Positions 16,338 through 24,914 of a stretch of DNA of 55,907 bases are shown in pieces. Source of the stretch: Reyranellaceae bacterium (GTDB taxonomy: Bacteria; Pseudomonadota; Alphaproteobacteria; Reyranellales; JAQSWP01). The stretch is taken from positions 1 through 55,907 of the forward strand of contig JBFWZG010000002.1 of the NCBI GenBank assembly GCA_050185515.1, read 5' to 3'. Each line of letters opens with the position of its first letter. Position 1 is the stretch's first letter. Under the pieces are notes generated by a model that saw only the letters and a program-made list of their open reading frames with translations, was not told the origin of the DNA and did no database searches. A program made the translations under genes and the position numbers.

Positions 16338-18235
16338 GGCCGCAGGATCTCGAACATCAGCTCGAAATCGTCGAGCGACCCGAAGAGTTTCGCCAACGGC
16401 GCCGCCTCGCCCGAAATCTTCCCCTCGTCCGCAGCCTGGGCGACACCGGTCTGTCGCACGATCAGCGCCACCAGCGTGTCGCGACTGAGCGTGACGCTGG
16501 CATCGGCCTTCGGCGAATGCGTGTCGGCCAGATGGTTCAGCGTGCAGTTCGAGACGTTGAGCAGCAGCTTTTCGCCGGAATCCGTCAGCGTCAGGTTGAT
16601 CGCGAATGCCTCGTCGCCGATCTTCTTCGGATCGATGCGCACGGCGACGAAATCCAGCAAGGTGCCGGTGGCGATGGCGGCCAGCAGATCGGGGCTGAGG
16701 ATCGGGCGTGGCGGCAACCGTGGCGCGCCGAAACGTAGCTCCAGCGCGCCGAAAAGATAGGCGTTGCGCCAGGTGGCCGACTCGGCCTGATAGCCGAGCT
16801 GCTCCAGCGCGTCGGCCATCAGCTCGCGCGCCTCCGTGTTGTCGGGATCGGCGAAGACCAGCTGATACATGACCTGCGCCACCCAGCGGAACTCGCCTTG
16901 GGCGAAATCGGACCGCGCCCGCTCGAGTGCGGCGGCCGCGCCGCCCATGTATTCGACGTACTTGACGGCGGTCTGGCGCGGCGGCAGCGGGTTGAGGTTG
17001 GCGGGATTGCCGTCGTACCAGCTCAGGTAACGCTGATAGACCGCCTTGGAGTTATGGCTGATGGTTCCGTAGTAGCCGCGCACCGTCCAGTCGCGCGACA
17101 GGCCGGGCGGCAGGGCCAGCACCTCGGCGATCTCGGCCGGCCGTCGGCCATGGTTCATCAGCCGCACCGTCTGGTCGTGCACGTACTTGTAGAGATCGCG
17201 CTGCGTCGCCAGAAAATCGAGAATCTTCTCCCGCCCCCAGGTCGGCCAGTGGTGCTGGCCGATCAGCACCTCGGTGCGATCGCCGAAGCGCTGCACCGCG
17301 TCGGCCAGATAGAACGCCCACATGCGCGGATCGCGCACCACCGAGCCGCGCAGCGGGCAGAAATTGTGCAGATGCCGCGTGGCGTTCTCCGCCATGTTGA
17401 GCACCCCGCCGCGCGGCATGAACATGTGCATCTCCGCCGGCGCCTCGGTGCCCGGCGCCAGGTGGAACACGATCTCGACGCCGGCGATGACATGGGTTTC
17501 CACGGGCTGGCGAATGGTCATGGTCGGCGCCAGCAGCGAGACGCGGCCGCGCGCCACGCCCTTGCCCAGCCCGGCATCGACCTGGCCGCGCGGTCCGGGC
17601 GGCAGCAGCGGTCCGAACTGGAACATGGCGCGGCGCGTCATGGCGTTTCCGGCCAGCACGTTCTCGCCGCCAACCGCCTCCATGAAGCCGTCGGGCGCGA
17701 TGACCGCGACGCGTCCCGAGCGGACGTCCTCCTCGCTCGCCACGCCGCGCGCGCCGCCGTAATGGTCGACATGGGAATGGCTGTAGATCACCGCCCGCAC
17801 CGGCTTCTTCGGACGATGCGCGTAGTACAGTTCCAGCGCCGCCGATGCCGCTTCGACGGTGGTGAGCGGATCGATCAGCACCAGCCCGTCATCGCCCTCG
17901 ATCACGGTCATGTTGGCGATGTCGAGGCCGCGCAGCTGGTAGACGCCGTCGACCACCTTGAACAGGCCGTTGGCCATGTTGAGCTGCGCCATGCGCCACA
18001 GGCTGGGATTGACGGTGGGCGGCGCGTTCGGCCCGTCGAGGAACTGGTAGGCGCCGAGATTCCAGATCAGCCCGCCGCGATTGACGATCTTGCCGTCCGG
18101 CAGCGCCGCCACCAGCCCGCGTCGCGAGTCCTCGTAGTCCTGCCGGTCTTCGAATGGAAGCTGGTCGAGCACCGCGCGATTGGCGGCCTCGGTCGCCGGT
18201 TCGGCATCGCGCTGGCGCAGCGGATTGTCGGCCAT
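16334..18235 (-). CDS. alkyl/aryl-sulfatase (metallo-beta-lactamase fold with SCP-2-like C-terminus, SdsA1/BDS1 type)
   Basis: MBL motif YSHSHVDHYGG and length of about 630 aa with a conserved dimerisation/SCP2 tail. ATG 18235 is preferred because GGAGGGGG lies upstream. Its stop overlaps the MAPEG stop (CTAG). Confidence 0.82.
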   Translation of the reverse strand: MADNPLRQRDAEPATEAANRAVLDQLPFEDRQDYEDSRRGLVAALPDGKIVNRGGLIWNLGAYQFLDGPNAPPTVNPSLWRMAQLNMANGLFKVVDGVYQLRGLDIANMTVIEGDDGLVLIDPLTTVEAASAALELYYAHRPKKPVRAVIYSHSHVDHYGGARGVASEEDVRSGRVAVIAPDGFMEAVGGENVLAGNAMTRRAMFQFGPLLPPGPRGQVDAGLGKGVARGRVSLLAPTMTIRQPVETHVIAGVEIVFHLAPGTEAPAEMHMFMPRGGVLNMAENATRHLHNFCPLRGSVVRDPRMWAFYLADAVQRFGDRTEVLIGQHHWPTWGREKILDFLATQRDLYKYVHDQTVRLMNHGRRPAEIAEVLALPPGLSRDWTVRGYYGTISHNSKAVYQRYLSWYDGNPANLNPLPPRQTAVKYVEYMGGAAAALERARSDFAQGEFRWVAQVMYQLVFADPDNTEARELMADALEQLGYQAESATWRNAYLFGALELRFGAPRLPPRPILSPDLLAAIATGTLLDFVAVRIDPKKIGDEAFAINLTLTDSGEKLLLNVSNCTLNHLADTHSPKADASVTLSRDTLVALIVRQTGVAQAADEGKISGEAAPLAKLFGSLDDFELMFEILRP

Positions 18236-18298
18236 CGTCTCCCCCTCCATTCGTTGCCGACAGCCTAGGCCGGCTGCCGGAACGGGGGCAAGCGCCTG

Positions 18299-18703
18299 TC
18301 AGCGCCCGGGCAACTTCACCGTCATGGTGTCGCCGGAATAGCCGTCCGGCTTCATGCGTGCGCGCACCAGCACGCTGGTCGTTCCGTCCGGCACTGCCAC
18401 GCCATAGACGTCGCGCGTGAAGGGCTGCTCGATGTCATGCGGATGCAGCAGGATGCGCCGCTTCAGCAGCGTCCGGCCGTCGGGCGTCAGCACCTCGATC
18501 GCGTCGGCATACTGTTTCCAGCCATTGTCGTCGGACCGCACAGTGACGTCGAAATCGTAGGCGCCGGCCGCTGTCTGCCGGACCTTGACGTCGATCACAT
18601 GCGCGCTTGCCGCCCGAGCCTCAGCCACGGCGAGCCCCAGCGTCAGCAGGAAAACGAGCGTCGCGCCGATAATGCGCCATTGGGCTCTCTCAATCGCCTC
18701 CAT
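18299..18703 (-). CDS. hypothetical secreted protein (134 aa)
   Basis: N-terminal signal/anchor (IIGATLVFLLTLGLAVAEARAASA) followed by a ~100-aa beta-rich domain. I recognise no motif. It lies 63 nt upstream of the sulfatase gene on the same strand. Confidence 0.5.
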   Translation of the reverse strand: MEAIERAQWRIIGATLVFLLTLGLAVAEARAASAHVIDVKVRQTAAGAYDFDVTVRSDDNGWKQYADAIEVLTPDGRTLLKRRILLHPHDIEQPFTRDVYGVAVPDGTTSVLVRARMKPDGYSGDTMTVKLPGR

Positions 18704-18780
18704 AATGGGCTAGTCTATCGCACCATGTGCGATCCCCGAAACGCCGCGTCCCGCTTCGCTTTTCACGTTCGCTTGAGCCG

Positions 18781-19755
18781 ATGAGCCGCTATCTTCTGGG
18801 CCGCATGGCGGAGATCCTCGTCGTGCTGCTGGTGATGTCGCTGATCGTCTATCTGATGATCGGACTGATGCCGGGCGATCCGATCGACCTGCTGTTCACC
18901 GGCAATCCAGATGTGCGGCCCGAGGACGTGGCGCGGCTGCGCGCCATCTACGGTCTCGACCAGCCGCTGCACCAGCGCTATCTCGCGTGGCTTGCGCAGG
19001 CGCTGCAGGGCGATTTCGGCTATTCGCGCATGTTCGCCCGGCCGGCGGTCGACGTGCTGCTGCCGCGACTGGGCAATACGGTGATGCTGATGGGCATCTC
19101 CTTCGCCCTGTCGATCGCCATCGCCCTGCCGCTGGGCATCGAGGCCGCCCGGCACCCCTATGGCGCGCTGGACAACGGCGTCAACCTGTTCTGCTTCGCC
19201 GGCATTTCCGTGCCGCCCTTCTGGCTGGCGCTGCTGCTGATCATCCTGTTCGCCGTCGTCCTGGGCTGGCTGCCGGCCAGCGGGTCGGGCGACGATGCCG
19301 GCGGCGGCCTTCTGGGTTCGCTGACCGACCGGGCGCGGCATCTGGTGCTGCCGGTTCTGACGCTGACGATCGCCAGCGTCGGCCATTACACCCGCTACGT
19401 GCGCGCGGCGATGATCGAGACCCTGCGACAGGACTTCATTCGCACCGCCCGCGCCAAGGGCGTGCCGGAAGCCGGCATTGTCTGGCGCCATGCGCTGCGC
19501 AATTCGCTGTCGCCGATCCTGACCATCCTGGCGCTGTCCTTCGGCAGCCTGTTCTCCGGCGCGCTTATCACCGAGATCATGTTCGCCTGGCCTGGCATGG
19601 GAAAGACCATGTTCGATGCCATCCAGGCCAACGACTACAACCTGGCGCTGGTCGGCCTGCTGTTCGCCACCCTGACGACGCTCCTGGGCAGCCTGCTGGC
19701 CGATCTGGCCTATGCCTGGTCGGATCCGCGCGTGCGCCTGAGCGAGCGGGCATGA
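18781..19755 (+). CDS. ABC transporter permease (DppB/OppB-like)
   Basis: N-terminus MSRYLLGRMAEILVVLLVMSLIVY and the EAA-type region of the BPD_transp_1 family. Confidence 0.88.
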   Translation: MSRYLLGRMAEILVVLLVMSLIVYLMIGLMPGDPIDLLFTGNPDVRPEDVARLRAIYGLDQPLHQRYLAWLAQALQGDFGYSRMFARPAVDVLLPRLGNTVMLMGISFALSIAIALPLGIEAARHPYGALDNGVNLFCFAGISVPPFWLALLLIILFAVVLGWLPASGSGDDAGGGLLGSLTDRARHLVLPVLTLTIASVGHYTRYVRAAMIETLRQDFIRTARAKGVPEAGIVWRHALRNSLSPILTILALSFGSLFSGALITEIMFAWPGMGKTMFDAIQANDYNLALVGLLFATLTTLLGSLLADLAYAWSDPRVRLSERA

Positions 19756-20666
19756 ACGCGCCGGCGCCCCGCTTCGGCGATTTCTGGCGGCGCTTCCGTC
19801 GCCACGGCTTTGCCGTCGCCAGCCTCGCGCTGCTGGCGGCGCTGGCGCTGCTGTCGTTCGCCGCGCCGCTGATCGCCGAGCTGCGCGGCATCGATCCCAA
19901 CCAGGCCGATCTTCTGAGCCGGCTGGAGCCGCCATCGGCGCTGCACTGGCTCGGCACCGACGACCTGGGCCGCGATCTCTTCCTGCGCCTGCTGGAAGGC
20001 GGGCGGGTGTCGCTGCTGGTCGGCATCGCCGCGGCACTGATCGCCGCCGTCGCCGGCTCCGTCATCGGCGTGGTCGCCGGCTATGTCGGCGGCCGTCTCG
20101 ATGCCCTGCTGATGCGCCTGACCGACGTGGTGATCGCCCTGCCGGTCCTGCCGCTGCTGATCCTGCTCAGCGCCGTCGATCTGCAGAAGCTCGGCATTCC
20201 GCTGGAGATCGCCCGCTCGCCGGCGATCTCGCTCTACCAGATCGTCGTCATCGTCAGCCTGTTCGGCTGGACCACCGTGGCGCGGCTGGTGCGCGGCATG
20301 ACCCTGTCGCTCAAGACTCGCGACTACGTGCGCGCCGCACGGGCGCTCGGCGCCGGACCGCTGCGCATCATGTTCCGCCACATCCTGCCCAACGCGCTGT
20401 CGCCGGTGGTGGTCGCCACCACCATGTCGGTCGGCAGCATCATCCTGTTCGAGTCGGTGCTGAGCTTCCTCGGCCTGGGGGTGCAGGCGCCGCTGGCGTC
20501 CTGGGGCAACATGCTGACCAACGCCCAGGAGCTGATCTGGTCCAATCCCGCGCTGGCCGTCTGGCCCGGCCTGCTGATCTTCCTCACCGTCGTCGCCTTC
20601 AACTTCGTCGGCGACGGCCTGCAGGACGCGCTCGATCCCAGGGCGCTGGACAGGCGCGCGGGCTGA
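19752..20666 (+). CDS. ABC transporter permease (DppC/OppC-like)
   Basis: ATGA overlap with the upstream permease. The HWLGTDDLGRDLF motif is typical of DppC/OppC. Confidence 0.88.
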   Translation: MNAPAPRFGDFWRRFRRHGFAVASLALLAALALLSFAAPLIAELRGIDPNQADLLSRLEPPSALHWLGTDDLGRDLFLRLLEGGRVSLLVGIAAALIAAVAGSVIGVVAGYVGGRLDALLMRLTDVVIALPVLPLLILLSAVDLQKLGIPLEIARSPAISLYQIVVIVSLFGWTTVARLVRGMTLSLKTRDYVRAARALGAGPLRIMFRHILPNALSPVVVATTMSVGSIILFESVLSFLGLGVQAPLASWGNMLTNAQELIWSNPALAVWPGLLIFLTVVAFNFVGDGLQDALDPRALDRRAG

Positions 20667-20669
20667 ATC

Positions 20670-20696
20670 GAAAAGGGCGCCACAGCGCGACGCCCT
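20670..20696 (-). terminator. candidate Rho-independent terminator downstream of the M20 hydrolase gene
   Basis: On the minus strand, AGGGCG-loop-CGCCCT is followed by TTTTCGAT. Confidence 0.45.
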
Positions 20697-20717
20697 GTCG
20701 CCCGATGATGGACGGGT

Positions 20718-21911
20718 CTATTCGGCCGCCTGCTTGCGCGGCATCTCCTTCGACAGCTCCTGCTCGACCAGGGTCGCCCAGTAGGAGGCGCCCAGCGGCA
20801 GGATCTCGTCGTTGAAGTCGTAGCCGGGGTTGTGGATCATGCACGAGCCCGGCCGATCGCCGTTGCCGATCCAGATGTAGCAGCCCGGCCGGGCCTGCAG
20901 CATGAAGGCGAAATCCTCCGAACCCATGGCCGGCGTCGGATTGCGATTGACCTTGGGCAGGCCGGCGACGGCGGCGGCGGCGCGGGCGGCGATCTCGGTT
21001 TCCGCCTCGCTGTTGACCGTGGCCGGGTAGCGCCGCTCGTAGCGCCAGCCGATCCTGGCGCCGTAGCCCTGCGCCACCGCGCGGCTGATCTCCTCGATCT
21101 GGCGCTCGACGCGGTCCTGCACTTCCTTCTTGAAGGTGCGCACCGTGCCGCGCAGCACGGCGGTCTGCGGAATCACGTTCCAGGCGTCGCCGGAATGGAA
21201 CTGCGTCGTGCTGACGACCGCCGTGTCCATGGGATCGGTGTAGCGGCTGACGATCGCCTGCAGCGCCACCACGATCTGCGAGCCGACCATCACCGGGTCG
21301 ATGCCCTGATGCGGCATGGCGCCATGCGCGCCGCGGCCCTCGACGGTGATCTCGAAAATGTCGTAGGCGGCCATCATCGGGCCCGGACGCACGGCGAAGT
21401 GGCCGACCGGAATGCCGGGGATGTTGTGCATGCCGTAGACCTGTTCGGCCGGGAACTTGTCGAACAGCCCTTCCTCGACCATGACGCGGCCGCCGCCCTC
21501 GTTCTCCTCGGCCGGCTGGAAGATGAAATAGACCGTGCCGTCGAAGTTCTTGGTCTCTGCCAGGTACTTGGCGGCGCCCAGCAGCATGGTGGTGTGGCCG
21601 TCATGGCCGCAGGCATGCATCTTCCCGGGAATGGTCGAGGCATGGTCGAAATCGTTGGTCTCGAGAATGTCCAGCGCGTCCATGTCGGCCCGCAGTCCGA
21701 TGGCGCGCCGGCCGCTGCCCGCTTTCAGCACGCCGACCACCCCGGTCTTGGCCAGCCCGCGATGCACCTCGATGCCGAAGGACTGCAGCAGCCTGGCGAC
21801 CACGTCCGAGGTGCGATGCTCCTCGAAGGCGGTTTCGGGATGCTGATGGATGTCGTGACGCCAGGCCTCCATATCCTTCTGGAAGTCGGCGATGCGGTTG
21901 ATGATCGGCAT
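20718..21911 (-). CDS. M20 family amidohydrolase (hippurate hydrolase / N-acyl-amino acid amidohydrolase type)
   Basis: WRHDIHQHPE, the metal site HACGHDGH, and FQPAEE blocks. Confidence 0.88.
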   Translation of the reverse strand: MPIINRIADFQKDMEAWRHDIHQHPETAFEEHRTSDVVARLLQSFGIEVHRGLAKTGVVGVLKAGSGRRAIGLRADMDALDILETNDFDHASTIPGKMHACGHDGHTTMLLGAAKYLAETKNFDGTVYFIFQPAEENEGGGRVMVEEGLFDKFPAEQVYGMHNIPGIPVGHFAVRPGPMMAAYDIFEITVEGRGAHGAMPHQGIDPVMVGSQIVVALQAIVSRYTDPMDTAVVSTTQFHSGDAWNVIPQTAVLRGTVRTFKKEVQDRVERQIEEISRAVAQGYGARIGWRYERRYPATVNSEAETEIAARAAAAVAGLPKVNRNPTPAMGSEDFAFMLQARPGCYIWIGNGDRPGSCMIHNPGYDFNDEILPLGASYWATLVEQELSKEMPRKQAAE

Positions 21912-21965
21912 GCAACTCTCCTCGAAACCGGGTTTTGCGGCAGCTTAGAGCCTGCCGCCAGCGGG

Positions 21966-22865
21966 TCAAGTTGCGTCGCCGTAACTGGCGAGACCGGCCT
22001 CGATGGCCGCCGAATCGGGCAGTGCCGCCTGGGCGCCCGCTCCGCGGCAGGACAGGCTGCCGGCGACGCAGGCGCGCCGGGTCGCATCCGGCAGGGAAAG
22101 TCCCCGTTCCAGCGCCGCCGCCAGCACTCCGACGAAGGCGTCGCCTGCTCCCGTTGTATCGGCGACGTCGACCGCCAGTGCTGGAGCCGACCACTCGTGC
22201 CGGCCGTCGCTGCCTTGCGCGCCCAATTCGCCCAGCGTGACGATGACGGGTACGCCGAGCTTTCCGCACAGGGCCGACGCCACGGCCCCGCTGGCTGCGG
22301 TCCAGCGCGCCAGGGCGGTGGCTTCCAGCTCGTTGACCACCAGCAGATCGACCGCCCGCAATGCGAGGTCTGCCAGCTCCAGCGCCGGCGCCAGGTTGAG
22401 CACGACGCGCGCGCCAGCCTTTCTCGCCATCGCGATCGCCCGCTCGGTCTCCTCACGGCGCAGTTCGCGCTGCAGCACCAGCGTATCGCCGGCCGTTAGC
22501 TGACCCTCGAGCCACGCCGCCTCGACGGCAAGGTTTGCCCCGGCCGCAACCATGATCTGGTTCTGCCCGTCGGCACCGACCCCGACAGCCGCCGCCCCGG
22601 TCGGTCGGTCGACGGTGCGGATGGCGGCAAGGTCGACGCCACTGCCGCGCGCACTGGCCAGCGCCTGTTCGCCCAGCGCGTCGCGGCCGATGGCGCCGAT
22701 CAGCCGCACTGCGGCGCCGTCGCGGGCGGCCGCCACCGCCTGGTTGGCGCCCTTGCCGCCCGCGGCCACGCGATAGGTCTCGCCCAGCACCGTCTCGCCC
22801 GGCCGCGGCAGCACCGGCACGGCGAACAGGTGGTCGACGATGATGGAGCCGAAGACGACGATCAT
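21966..22865 (-). CDS. rbsK: ribokinase / PfkB family sugar kinase
   Basis: GGKGANQAVAAA and DTTGAGDAF motifs. Start set at MIVVFGS. Confidence 0.82.
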   Translation of the reverse strand: MIVVFGSIIVDHLFAVPVLPRPGETVLGETYRVAAGGKGANQAVAAARDGAAVRLIGAIGRDALGEQALASARGSGVDLAAIRTVDRPTGAAAVGVGADGQNQIMVAAGANLAVEAAWLEGQLTAGDTLVLQRELRREETERAIAMARKAGARVVLNLAPALELADLALRAVDLLVVNELEATALARWTAASGAVASALCGKLGVPVIVTLGELGAQGSDGRHEWSAPALAVDVADTTGAGDAFVGVLAAALERGLSLPDATRRACVAGSLSCRGAGAQAALPDSAAIEAGLASYGDAT

Positions 22866-22881
22866 GCCTGGCCCTTCAATG

Positions 22882-22909
22882 CAAACGGCCGCCGGCAAGC
22901 CGGCGGCCG
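22882..22909 (-). terminator. candidate terminator hairpin downstream of the usp gene
   Basis: 11-bp perfect arms (CGGCCGCCGGC / GCCGGCGGCCG) at 22886-22909. On the minus strand they are followed only by TTTG, a weak U-tract. Confidence 0.4.
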
Positions 22910-22930
22910 CTTAACTATCGCAAAAAAGCT

Positions 22931-23770
22931 TCAGTGGCTCATCAGGACCGGAACGGTCATCGAGCCGAGGATCTTGCGGGTGACGCCGCCGATCACCAGT
23001 TCGCGCAGCCGGGAATGGCCATAGGCTCCCATTACCAGCATATCGACGCCCAGATCGGCGATCCGCGAGAGGATGACGTCGCCCGGATCGGCATCGTCCG
23101 ACACGGTAAAGGACGAGGTGACCTTGACGCCATGGCGCGCCAGGAACTGACCGATGTCGGCGCCGGGATCCTCGCCGTGACCGCGCGGGCCGGACTTAGG
23201 GTTGACCGCCAGCACCGTCACCGTCTTGGCCGCCTGCAACAGCGGCAGCGAATCGCTGACCGCCCGCGTCGCCTCGCGGCCGGCGTTCCATGCCACCATG
23301 ACGTGGCCGCCCATCAGGGGGCCCTTGAAACCGATATAAGGCAGCAGCAGCACCGGCCGCCCGGCCCGCAGCGCCACCGTCTCGGGCAGGTCCGGCACCA
23401 CGTCGGGATCGGCCAGGTTGCTGTCGTACTGGCCCATGACCACGAGATCGGCGTAACGCGCGTTCATGGTCCCCAGTTCATAGACGTCGCCTTGCGCCTC
23501 GCGCCACTCGCCGCTGACGCCGACCCGGTTGCAGATGGCGTCGAACGAAGCCTTGGCCTTGGCCGCCTGCTCCTTGGTGCGATTCTCCTGCAGCATGATG
23601 AGGTCGGGGCTGATGCCCGCCTCGAGATAGGCCGGCAGCACGATGTTGCCGCGCAGGAACAGGCCGGCCAGATGCCCGCCGCAGCCGCGCGCCATTTCAG
23701 CCGCAGCCTCGACCCGTTTGTCGTTGGTCGGCGCGGTGTCGCAATTGACCAGAATCGTCTTGTACCCCAT
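22931..23770 (-). CDS. universal stress protein, tandem UspA domains
   Basis: Two USP repeats. The C-terminal ATP-binding motif is GAYGHSRLRELVIGGVT. ATG 23770 is preceded by GGAGGG. Confidence 0.85.
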   Translation of the reverse strand: MGYKTILVNCDTAPTNDKRVEAAAEMARGCGGHLAGLFLRGNIVLPAYLEAGISPDLIMLQENRTKEQAAKAKASFDAICNRVGVSGEWREAQGDVYELGTMNARYADLVVMGQYDSNLADPDVVPDLPETVALRAGRPVLLLPYIGFKGPLMGGHVMVAWNAGREATRAVSDSLPLLQAAKTVTVLAVNPKSGPRGHGEDPGADIGQFLARHGVKVTSSFTVSDDADPGDVILSRIADLGVDMLVMGAYGHSRLRELVIGGVTRKILGSMTVPVLMSH

Positions 23771-23828
23771 CGATCCCTCCAATGCCTTCAATAGACAAAC
23801 ATATTGGACCCGAAGGGTTCGGAAATAA

Positions 23829-23842
23829 ATGATCTAGATCAA
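23829..23842 (-). promoter_or_regulatory. FNR/FixK-type box (aTGATCTAGATCAA)
   Basis: 13/14 match to TTGAT-N4-ATCAA. It is centred about 65 nt upstream of the usp ATG in an AT-rich spacer, and a CAATAT-like -10 sits at the class II distance. Confidence 0.6.
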
Positions 23843-23864
23843 CGGGGAATCGCCTGTTTTCGGC

Positions 23865-24914
23865 TCAGCCGGCGCGCTGCTCGACCGCCAGGCGGCCCTC
23901 CTGTATCGCATGGCAGGCCACCATGCCGCCCTCGATGGCGTAGGGCTGGGGGACTTCCGTGCGGCAGCGTTCATTGGCGAAGGGGCAGCGCGGATTGAAG
24001 GCGCAGCCCGGCGGCGGATCGATCGGGCTCGGCACCTCGCCGCCCACCGGCGTGCGCTCGCGGCCGGTCATCTCCAGATCGGGGATTGTGTCGAGCAGCA
24101 TGCGCGTATAGGGATGCTTGGGCCGGTAGAACAGAGTTTTCGTATCGGCCAGCTCGACCAGGCGGCCGAGATACATCACCCCGACGCGGGTCGAGATGTT
24201 GTAGACGACTGCCAGGTTGTGCGAGATGAACAGGTAGGTCAGGCCGAAATCGCGCTGCAGCTCCTTCATCAAGTTGAGGATCTGCGCCTGCACCGAGACG
24301 TCGAGCGCTGAGGTCGGCTCGTCGCATACCAGGAACTCCGCTTCGCTGGCGAGCGCGCGCGCAATCGATATGCGCTGGCGCTGGCCGCCGGAGAACTCAT
24401 GCGGAAACTTCGCGCCATCGGCCGCCGTCAGCCGCACCTGGCGCAGCAGCTGGCCGACGCGGTCGGCGATCGCCGCCTGCGAGCGGGCCAGCTTGAAGGC
24501 CCGGATCGGCTCGGCCACGATGTCGAACACGCGCCAGCGCGGATTGAGGCTGGCATAGGGGTCCTGGAAGATCATCTGCATGCGCCGGCGCAATGGCGCC
24601 ATCTCGCGCCGGCCGATCTTGGGATCGAGCACCCTGCCCTCGAAGGCGATGGTGCCGTCGGTCGGCCGGTAAAGACCCACCACCAGCCGGGCCACGGTGG
24701 ACTTGCCGCAACCGGATTCGCCCACCAGCGACAGCGTCTCGCCGCGGGTGATGTCGAAATCGATGCCGTCGACGGCGCGTACGATCTGCTCGGGCTTGCC
24801 CTCCAGCACCCGATTCAGCCAAGGTGGCGAGACGTCGAAATAGCGCTTCAGCCCGCGCACCTCGAGCAGCGTGTCGCCGCCGACGCTGACCTTGCGTTCC
24901 GTCCGCTCAGCCAT
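23865..24914 (-). CDS. peptide-type ABC transporter ATP-binding protein (DppF/OppF-like)
   Basis: Walker A GESGCGKST, signature FSGGQRQR, Walker B LVCDEPTSALD, and a C-terminal oligopeptide extension. Confidence 0.9.
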   Translation of the reverse strand: MAERTERKVSVGGDTLLEVRGLKRYFDVSPPWLNRVLEGKPEQIVRAVDGIDFDITRGETLSLVGESGCGKSTVARLVVGLYRPTDGTIAFEGRVLDPKIGRREMAPLRRRMQMIFQDPYASLNPRWRVFDIVAEPIRAFKLARSQAAIADRVGQLLRQVRLTAADGAKFPHEFSGGQRQRISIARALASEAEFLVCDEPTSALDVSVQAQILNLMKELQRDFGLTYLFISHNLAVVYNISTRVGVMYLGRLVELADTKTLFYRPKHPYTRMLLDTIPDLEMTGRERTPVGGEVPSPIDPPPGCAFNPRCPFANERCRTEVPQPYAIEGGMVACHAIQEGRLAVEQRAG

